From a virus (lineage: Duplodnaviria; Caudoviricetes): a DNA stretch of 35,726 nucleotides. The notes under the pieces were generated by a model, which saw only the letters and a list, made by a program, of their open reading frames with translations, was not told the DNA's origin and made no database searches. Location: positions 1-35,726 of IMG/VR virus record IMGVR_UViG_3300034341_000241; one strand, written 5' to 3'. Below are positions 9,035 through 15,855 of this stretch, piece by piece; within the stretch, counting starts at the first letter, position 1, and every line of letters starts with the position of its first letter. A program made the translations under genes and the position numbers.

Positions 9035-10003
9035 ATGTCAATTACTACAGCCTCAAACCGCTCTTTTATCGAAGCGGAACAGTATTCAGATTTCATTCTG
9101 ACTACCTTACACGATGGTCTGCTCCCCGGTCAATTCTTCCGTAACGTCTCTGACTTCGGTTCCGGTGAAGTATTGAACATCAAAACTATCGGTGAAGCTC
9201 AGATTCAAGAAGTTGAAGAAGACGCTCCGATCAAATACAGCCCTATCGAAACGGGTGAAGTTGAACTACGCATCACTGAATACGTAGGCGACGGTTGGTA
9301 CGTAACCGACAAGATGCGCCAAGACGGTGCTCAAGTCGAGCAGTTGCAAGCTACCCGTGGTAAAGAAGCCACTCGTGCTATTCAAGAATATTTTGAAACT
9401 CAAGCACTGGCTACTTTAAACGCAGGTCAGGACCAGAACGGCACTAACTCCGTAAACGGTCACGCACACCGTACTGTAGGTACAGGTAACAACAACACAT
9501 TTGAGTTTGCTAACCTAATTCAAATGCGTCTAGCTTTCAACAAAGCTGAAGTACCAATGGGCGGCCGTGTCGGTATCGTAGATCCTGTTGTAGAAGCCAC
9601 TTTAAACCTGAAGTATCAGGTTACTACTACAGGTACTACTGACAACAGCTTAGGTGCTAATCCTACTGTTCAAGGTATCTTCCAAGAAGGTTGGGCACGC
9701 GAGCATAGCTTCGTAACCAGCATCTTTGGTTGGGATATTATGACTTCTAACCGTTTGCCTAAAGGTACATTTACTGATGGTACTACTTCAGTCGCGGACG
9801 GTGTTGCTAATATCTTCATGTGTGTGCTAGACGACAACTGCAAGCCTCTGATGTCTGCATGGCGTCAAATGCCTAAAGTTGAAGGCGATCGTAATAAAGA
9901 TCTTCAGCGTGACGAGTTTGTCCAGACAGCTCGTTTTGGCTTCGGTATCCAGCGTAAAGATACTCTAGCAGTTCTTATCACTGATGCAACTGTATACGAG
10001 TAA
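9035..10003 (+). CDS. Major capsid protein (HK97 fold inferred)
   Basis: 322 aa after scaffold; AAAGGA SD; codon usage typical of a highly expressed gene; FIEAEQYS..L.DGLLP, IFGWDIMTSNRL and ARFGFGIQR motifs; tandem stops and a terminator follow. Confidence 0.92.
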   Translation: MSITTASNRSFIEAEQYSDFILTTLHDGLLPGQFFRNVSDFGSGEVLNIKTIGEAQIQEVEEDAPIKYSPIETGEVELRITEYVGDGWYVTDKMRQDGAQVEQLQATRGKEATRAIQEYFETQALATLNAGQDQNGTNSVNGHAHRTVGTGNNNTFEFANLIQMRLAFNKAEVPMGGRVGIVDPVVEATLNLKYQVTTTGTTDNSLGANPTVQGIFQEGWAREHSFVTSIFGWDIMTSNRLPKGTFTDGTTSVADGVANIFMCVLDDNCKPLMSAWRQMPKVEGDRNKDLQRDEFVQTARFGFGIQRKDTLAVLITDATVYE

Positions 10004-10009
10004 TAACAC

Positions 10010-10046
10010 GGCTCCCTCCTCTGCTTAGGCACGAGGGAGTTCTTTT
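10010..10046 (+). terminator. Intrinsic terminator after major capsid gene, probably leaky
   Basis: GGCTCCCTC/GAGGGAGTT stem, 3x1 internal loop, TGC/GCA upper stem, short T tract. Confidence 0.7.
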
Positions 10047-10075
10047 ACTCTTATTAATTATTAAAGGAAATAAAT

Positions 10076-10507
10076 ATGTCTTATGAAAGTGGAACCAACG
10101 GCCTAAATGTTGGTCAACGTTACGGTGTCCGTGAAGTAGGTAACGTACAAGGTGTTACCTGCGCTACATCCGGCGAAGGCCGTATGGTGTTTGAATTTGA
10201 TGGCACTAGCCCAACAGCTTTAGCCGCTCAGTCATTTAGCATTCCAGAAGGCTATGCAGTTATTACTGCTGCTTATCTGGAAACAGAAGTAGCTTTTGCT
10301 AGCGGTACAGTGGATATTGATGTAGATGGTACTCCTATCAACACAGCTCCTGAAGTACTGAATGTGCTAGGTGTATCGGACATGCCTCTAGGTACAGTAG
10401 AGTCTATCTCTTCTGCCAACGTGGTTACTGTCTCGAATCCTACTGCCGCAGTCGCCGCAGCGGGTGGTTCATACGCCAAAGTTATCGTAGAGTTTACTCG
10501 CGTATAA
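10076..10507 (+). CDS. Capsid decoration or minor head protein
   Basis: Follows the capsid gene with the same AAAGGA SD and similar codon bias; small beta-rich protein. Confidence 0.6.
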   Translation: MSYESGTNGLNVGQRYGVREVGNVQGVTCATSGEGRMVFEFDGTSPTALAAQSFSIPEGYAVITAAYLETEVAFASGTVDIDVDGTPINTAPEVLNVLGVSDMPLGTVESISSANVVTVSNPTAAVAAAGGSYAKVIVEFTRV

Positions 10508-10514
10508 ATCTTAC

Positions 10515-10548
10515 GGGGCATGTCTTAACCGACCTCTGCCCCATTTTT
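10515..10548 (+). terminator. Intrinsic terminator
   Basis: GGGGCA/TGCCCC stem, 1x3 internal loop, GTC/GAC upper stem, ATTTTT tail. Confidence 0.7.
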
Positions 10549-10565
10549 GTCTTTAGGAGGGCCAA

Positions 10566-11192
10566 ATGGCCGAACATAATGAATTAACAGGTACACAGCT
10601 ACATGAGCCTAAAGGCGTAGCAGACGCTGATGAGGGAACTATTTATACAGCAGACGGATCTGGATCAGGAGCTTGGCAAGCCCCGACTCCCCCCGGAACT
10701 TTAATAGGATTCTTCGATTATGCTGATTTGGCTACCCAGACCACTCCTATTAGCGTAGCAGGTGGGGCGTCCGTTGGCGATTCATGGACCTATCTCACTA
10801 ATGATGCACTCGGTGCAAATACAAATAAAACATACAGACCCGCAGGCGTAAACGATGTCTGGAATGCATCCACAGGCAAGTTTGACTGGGAAGACCTAGT
10901 ATTAGGTGATATGGTAGATATACGTTTAGATATTCAGATAACAACTACATCTGCTAACCAAACAATTGCTCTCTTTCTAGAGATGGCTACGGATAGTGGA
11001 ACACCTTATGATATTCCTTTTGCACAAGGGATTGTCAAGACAGCGGGAACTAACATTGTTAACCAATATAACGGTGTATATATGGGAAGTTCGGCTACAT
11101 TAAATAATCGCGCTCGGTTTAAAGTAAGTTCGGACGCAAGCGCTACCGTCACTGTAAACGGATGGTATTGTAAAGTATTAATTAACAGGTAA
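10566..11192 (+). CDS. Head fibre or virion appendage protein
   Basis: N-terminal LHEPKG...ADGSGSGAW anchor-like motif, proline linker, beta-sandwich-like C-terminal domain. Confidence 0.6.
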   Translation: MAEHNELTGTQLHEPKGVADADEGTIYTADGSGSGAWQAPTPPGTLIGFFDYADLATQTTPISVAGGASVGDSWTYLTNDALGANTNKTYRPAGVNDVWNASTGKFDWEDLVLGDMVDIRLDIQITTTSANQTIALFLEMATDSGTPYDIPFAQGIVKTAGTNIVNQYNGVYMGSSATLNNRARFKVSSDASATVTVNGWYCKVLINR

Positions 11193-11197
11193 GAATT

Positions 11198-11509
11198 ATG
11201 GCTAAGAAAGGCGAGACAAAAAAGAACGCTAGTAAGCGATCTAAACAACAGCGCAAATATAATTCTAAGCCGGAACAAAAGAAGAATAGAGCAGCGCGTA
11301 ACAAAGCGCGAAGACAGGCCATTAAATCAGGGGCTGTTAAGAAAGGAGATGGCAAGGATATTGGCCACAAGAAGCCCCTAAAGAACGGTGGATCTAACGC
11401 GAAGTCAAACCGCAAGGTACAAGACCGCAAGAGTAACCGTGCAGAAGGTGGTAAAATAGGTAATAAGAAAGGTAAAGCCAAAGGCGGCCGTAAAGGAGGT
11501 AAGAAATGA
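11198..11509 (+). CDS. Very basic minimal HNH-like protein
   Basis: GDGKDIGHKKPLKNGGSNAKSNRKVQDRKSNR fits a H-N-N beta-beta-alpha-metal motif; K/R/G-rich flanks. Confidence 0.65.
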   Translation: MAKKGETKKNASKRSKQQRKYNSKPEQKKNRAARNKARRQAIKSGAVKKGDGKDIGHKKPLKNGGSNAKSNRKVQDRKSNRAEGGKIGNKKGKAKGGRKGGKK

Positions 11510-12309
11510 AGATGACGTTACTTGACATGGTTATTGACATCATGTCTGATATGGACTCGGATAATGTATCAAACATCGCTTCTACAGGCGAGAGCGAACA
11601 AGTAGCCCGTATAATCCGTTCAGTTTTCTTCGAGATGGTGGCCCGTAAAGACTGGCCGCATTTACGTAAGACGCTTTCTTTACAGAATAGCGGAATAATT
11701 ACCCAGCCTAATCGACTTAAGATACCTGAAGGGGTAAGCCGTTTAGATTTCCTTTCATACAGCTCTAAATTAAAAGAAACAGATGACCAAAAGTTTAGGG
11801 AACTTAAATACATGTATCCTGATGAATTTATTAGACACACTAATAGTCGTGTGCCTTCTAATGAGTTTATTGATACAGTAACCATAGGTGATATGGAACT
11901 GTTTATTCTTAACGATACAGCTCCTACATACTACACAAGCTTTGATGATGAATGGATTATAACCGATAGCTATGTAAAAACACTCGCTCACACGCTACAA
12001 GGCAGTCAGTCACAGTGCGTCGTTTACATGGCCCCTTCTTGGACACACGAAGATACATTCGTACCCGATCTTCCGGCAGAAGTCTTTCCGACCTTCCTTG
12101 CGGAAGCCAAGAGTACATGCTTCCTTCGGATTAAAGAAGTACAAGATCAGAAAGCAGAACAGCAAGCTACCCGTGGTAATATTGCTATGGCACAGCGTAA
12201 TTGGAAAGTCAAAGGCGGAGTAAGGTATAATAACTATGGCAGAGCAAGCAGAAAGTACGCAACAGGAACCCACTTTAACCCAAGGCAGTTCAGCGGAGCC
12301 GTTGACTAA
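11506..12309 (+). CDS. Tail adaptor (tail tubular protein A)
   Basis: MTLLDMVIDIMSDMDSDNV start, ESEQVA, PTYYTSFDDE and YNNYGR motifs; position before the nozzle gene. Confidence 0.8.
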   Translation: MKMTLLDMVIDIMSDMDSDNVSNIASTGESEQVARIIRSVFFEMVARKDWPHLRKTLSLQNSGIITQPNRLKIPEGVSRLDFLSYSSKLKETDDQKFRELKYMYPDEFIRHTNSRVPSNEFIDTVTIGDMELFILNDTAPTYYTSFDDEWIITDSYVKTLAHTLQGSQSQCVVYMAPSWTHEDTFVPDLPAEVFPTFLAEAKSTCFLRIKEVQDQKAEQQATRGNIAMAQRNWKVKGGVRYNNYGRASRKYATGTHFNPRQFSGAVD

Positions 12310-12514
12310 ACCTAAGAAGAAACCTAAGAATAAGGCAGGGGCTAACAAGAGGTTATATGTACGGACCGTAAAGGTAGGCACATACGAGATCGTTTATGAA
12401 GGAGGTGGGGGAGTACCTACAGAACTTCAAGGTGACTGGAACAGGCAGGCAATAGCCCTTAACGCTATCGCTCTATACGAGAAGAGGAAACAAAATGGCA
12501 AAGGGAAGAATTGA
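12236..12514 (+). CDS. Small tail-module hypothetical protein
   Basis: Bridges adaptor and nozzle; YEGGGGVPTELQGDW motif. Start ambiguous (ATG 12236 or TTG 12302). Confidence 0.65.
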   Translation: MAEQAESTQQEPTLTQGSSAEPLTKPKKKPKNKAGANKRLYVRTVKVGTYEIVYEGGGGVPTELQGDWNRQAIALNAIALYEKRKQNGKGKN

Positions 12515-14783
12515 ATTTAACACCTTTGTAAAGGGGTTAATGACAGAAGCCGGGCCTTTAACGTACCCAGAAGGTGCCTCGCTTGAGGAACAGAACTTTG
12601 TACTTAATAGGGACGGCAGTCGGCAACGGCGTTTTGGTATTGATTTCGAGGAGAACCATCTTCCCCAAGTTACAACGGCAATAGAATCCGACAGAGTTTT
12701 AACAACACATAGCTGGGATAATCCGGGAAATTCAGGAGGACTGTCTTTCTTAGTCGTCCAAGACGGGGAGTATCTCCGTGTGTACAATGCCAACTCCGAG
12801 ACTATATCAAGGGAGAAAATTGCATTTTCAACAGGCTCTTATCTTCATACCTTACCAAACTGGGATGACGAAGTAGAAGCTTCGACTACTTCCATTGACG
12901 GAGAGCTTTTTATTGTAGGAAGTAACACCGAAGTAGTTGCCTTAACTTACGATGTGATTACTGAGCAAATAAATGTACGTACTTTTTCTCTAGAGATGAG
13001 AGATCTGTGGGGAGTAGACGACGGGTTAGGAACAAGCGAGCGTCCTGATGGTTTGTCCCACGCACACTATTATAATCTACGTAACCAAGGTTGGCCGTCT
13101 TTCTATCAATGCCTTACATCCAGAGATGGCGACGGATCTACCTATACTAATCCTATTCCTTTCTCTTTTCAACATCTCGTCTTATATCCGTCTAATTCAG
13201 ACTTGATACACATGCACACTGAGACGAGTGTAGAGGACGCAGAGAACTTAGATGCCTACAGTCCTTGGAGGATGAGAAAAAGCGCTGAAGGGACATCAGA
13301 GGCTCCTAGAGGGTCGATGATTCTGGATGATATATGGAACCGAGGAGCGGCTAGGACAAGAGCTAACCGGCTACAGTCCGATGTAAGCCAACATCAGTGG
13401 GAGTACCTCGTTCTTCCTTCGGATCGGGCAAGAGGGAGGATAACATCGGTAGCCTCTTATGCAGGGCGTCTGTTCTATTCTTTTAAGCAAGACTCCCTCA
13501 CATCTTCCGACGACAGGTCCCCTAGCTTAAGTACGGTAATTGCGTACTCCCAAGTCGGGACAGATAACGCGGCTAAGTGTTACACGAAAAATGACCTAGC
13601 TTCTGAATCGTTTAATGATGTACTAGACACGGATGGAGGTTTTGTCACCATACCTGAAGTTGGGGAAGTGTACGATTTACAGGTTCTAGGAGATTCTCTG
13701 TTTGTAATCGCCTCTAACGGGGTATGGGAAATACACGGAGGAGAAAAGTCTTTTTCTGCAACCAACCAAAGCCAGTCTAAAGTATCAAACATAGGGGCTA
13801 TAAGCCGTTCTTCTGTAATAGTAGCAGACGACGCTCTAGCGTATTGGGCAAGAAGTGGTATTCAGACAATTTCTTTGGATAAAGTAAGCCTTCGAGGAAC
13901 CCCTCAAAACATCACACAGGCGACGATACAGACAGCTTATGATTCAATAACCCCTCTCGCTAAAAGGCAAGCCGTGGGCGTATATGACGAAACAAGCCGT
14001 CAATTAAGGTGGTTGTACCGAACTAAACAACTGCCGGATAACAAGTTGTTTAATACCGAACTGGTATTTGATTTGAATTTAGGGGCTTTCTATACTAACC
14101 ACTTTGGAGACCTTAGTGGCAGTTATGCCTATCCAGTAGGTTATGTAGATGTTCAGGATGTACTCATACTATCCACAACAGAGAATGTAACAGCTGGAGG
14201 GGTAGACGTAACTGCGGGAGGGGTAGACGTAACAACCACACGGCGGAGTGTTTCCGAAAGCGTGAGGGGATCTACCAAGTATCTCTCCGCTTATAGTATA
14301 TCAGGAGGCGCTTGGTCTTATACAGTAGCTCAGTTGAAGAATCTAGATTTTAACGACTGGCCGCAGATAGACGGGGGTGTAGATAGCCCTGCCTATCTTC
14401 TGACAGGCTTCTGGACAGGGGGTACATCATCTAAGGATAAACGGATGCCTTACTTGTTTACCCACTTTAGGCGGACAGAGCAGGGGTTTGATGAAAACCT
14501 TAACCCTATAGGCGCTAGTGGTTGTCTTGTACGAGCACAGTGGGAATGGACAGAGTCACTTGCCGCTGGTAAGTGGGGAACGGAGTTCCAAGCCTATAAG
14601 CTTCCTAGATTCTATAGCCCTGCCGATATAAACGATCCTATGGACTATGGGTATACAGTAGTAACTACAAAGAACAAAGTTAGAGGCTCTGGCCCTGCTT
14701 TAAGTCTTTTATTTACTACAGAACCCGGTCTAGATTGTCATATCTATGGCTGGATAACTGAGATAAACGAAGAAGAAAATTAA
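12495..14783 (+). CDS. Tail nozzle (tail tubular protein B)
   Basis: 762 aa beta-rich; FVKGLMTEA, NFVLNRDGSRQRRFGIDFE, YAGRLFY and TKNKVRGSG motifs. Confidence 0.85.
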   Translation: MAKGRIEFNTFVKGLMTEAGPLTYPEGASLEEQNFVLNRDGSRQRRFGIDFEENHLPQVTTAIESDRVLTTHSWDNPGNSGGLSFLVVQDGEYLRVYNANSETISREKIAFSTGSYLHTLPNWDDEVEASTTSIDGELFIVGSNTEVVALTYDVITEQINVRTFSLEMRDLWGVDDGLGTSERPDGLSHAHYYNLRNQGWPSFYQCLTSRDGDGSTYTNPIPFSFQHLVLYPSNSDLIHMHTETSVEDAENLDAYSPWRMRKSAEGTSEAPRGSMILDDIWNRGAARTRANRLQSDVSQHQWEYLVLPSDRARGRITSVASYAGRLFYSFKQDSLTSSDDRSPSLSTVIAYSQVGTDNAAKCYTKNDLASESFNDVLDTDGGFVTIPEVGEVYDLQVLGDSLFVIASNGVWEIHGGEKSFSATNQSQSKVSNIGAISRSSVIVADDALAYWARSGIQTISLDKVSLRGTPQNITQATIQTAYDSITPLAKRQAVGVYDETSRQLRWLYRTKQLPDNKLFNTELVFDLNLGAFYTNHFGDLSGSYAYPVGYVDVQDVLILSTTENVTAGGVDVTAGGVDVTTTRRSVSESVRGSTKYLSAYSISGGAWSYTVAQLKNLDFNDWPQIDGGVDSPAYLLTGFWTGGTSSKDKRMPYLFTHFRRTEQGFDENLNPIGASGCLVRAQWEWTESLAAGKWGTEFQAYKLPRFYSPADINDPMDYGYTVVTTKNKVRGSGPALSLLFTTEPGLDCHIYGWITEINEEEN
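14187..14234 (+). repeat. 21 bp imperfect tandem repeat, about 2.3 copies, encoding VTAGGVD
   Basis: GTAACAGCTGGAGGGGTAGAC / GTAACTGCGGGAGGGGTAGAC; differences are synonymous. Confidence 0.85.
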
Positions 14784-14807
14784 TTTATTTTAATTATTTT
14801 TATCTTT

Positions 14808-14906
14808 TTACTTTCTAAAGTGCGTTCTGGAGCGTCAAATAAGACAGTAGTCCAGAAAGTTAGAAGGTAATATACACTGGTACTATCTCTAGGAGGTAGT
14901 ATCAGT
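14808..14906 (+). promoter_or_regulatory. Structured intergenic element with two hairpins and motif copy 2 (14854-14875)
   Basis: 11 bp stem 14808-14818/14860-14870 plus TTCTGGA/TCCAGAA; 14 bp stem 14876-14889/14893-14906 with two G-U pairs; AT-rich tract upstream. Confidence 0.6.
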
Positions 14907-14920
14907 ATTTAGGAGGTTGT

Positions 14921-15388
14921 ATGGATAAGATAGCAGGACTTACAATAGGAGGCGGTGATAATCTTCCTCAAAATTCCTATCTAAAAGATAAAGTTCTTGA
15001 GTTGGAAGAAAGTATGTTAGCAGTCGGGGGTACAACAGACACAGAGTCTATTTCCCCTGTAAATAATTACCACTGTAAAGGCACTTATGCAAGAGAGATT
15101 TTTATAATCAAAGGTACATGTATAGTAGGAAAGATTCACAGGCATGAGCATATTAATGTAATTTCCAAAGGAAAGTGTTTGGTAGTTACAGAAGCCGGGA
15201 GAGAGATACTAGAAGCTCCTTTGACGTTTATCTCTTTGCCGGGAATTAAGAGGGCGGTCTATGCAATAGAAGATACCGTATGGACTACCGTACACCCAAC
15301 AGAGAAGACCGATATGGATGAAATAGAGAAAGAGATTATAGCGCCCAGCTATGAAGATTTAGATAATGTATTGGAGGAGTTGCTATGA
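14921..15388 (+). CDS. Cupin-fold phage protein
   Basis: YAREIFIIKGTCIVGKIHRHEHINVISKG and PGIKRAVYAIEDTVWTTVH match the two cupin motifs; AGGAGG SD. Confidence 0.7.
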   Translation: MDKIAGLTIGGGDNLPQNSYLKDKVLELEESMLAVGGTTDTESISPVNNYHCKGTYAREIFIIKGTCIVGKIHRHEHINVISKGKCLVVTEAGREILEAPLTFISLPGIKRAVYAIEDTVWTTVHPTEKTDMDEIEKEIIAPSYEDLDNVLEELL

Positions 15389-15819
15389 GTTTTGGTTATA
15401 TAGCACTGGCTGCTGTGGTTACATCAACGGTTGTAGCAGATAGACGCGCAGACAAAGTAGCGAAAGCTCAAGAAAAACAGGCTGAGACAGAACAGGCTAT
15501 TCAAAGCGAAGAAGCAGCAAGGGCTAAACGTAAGACCTTAGCTGAAGCTCAAGTTGCAAGAGCTGAAGTAGAGAATGTAGCCGCTGCTGGTGGCCAATCT
15601 TTAGGTTCCGCTTCAATAACAGGACAGCAGTCCATCACGGGCCAAGCCGCTTCAAACGTTTCCCAGATTAATCAGAGTGTTGATTTCGCTAATCTACGTA
15701 GTGAAGCTGCTCAAGATGTAGAGAAAGCAGGTAGACAGGGTATCGGGGAAATGCTCTTACATAAAGGTGCCGGTGTGGCAACAGGCGTATTAGGCACAAA
15801 AATCGGTAAAGCATTATAA
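15385..15819 (+). CDS. Internal virion (ejection) protein, T7 gp14-like position
   Basis: Hydrophobic N-terminus, Ala/Gln-rich coiled coil, Gly-rich hydrophobic C-terminus. Confidence 0.7.
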   Translation: MSFGYIALAAVVTSTVVADRRADKVAKAQEKQAETEQAIQSEEAARAKRKTLAEAQVARAEVENVAAAGGQSLGSASITGQQSITGQAASNVSQINQSVDFANLRSEAAQDVEKAGRQGIGEMLLHKGAGVATGVLGTKIGKAL

Positions 15820-15855
15820 CTTAAACAACTTAACTTCTCAGAGGCGAGGGGCATT

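Noticed and set aside
9990-10076. T7-style capsid frameshift or read-through into the next gene
   Set aside because: No slippery heptamer near the end, tandem TAA TAA stops, a terminator, and a separate SD for the next gene.
12201-12231. Sigma-70 promoter TTGGAA...TATAAT inside the adaptor gene
   Set aside because: 19 nt spacer, weak -35, and TATAAT is explained by Tyr-Asn codons of the YNNYGR motif.
14910-14920. TAGGAGGTTGT identical to the sequence before polA on the minus strand
   Set aside because: Explained by extended Shine-Dalgarno complementarity.
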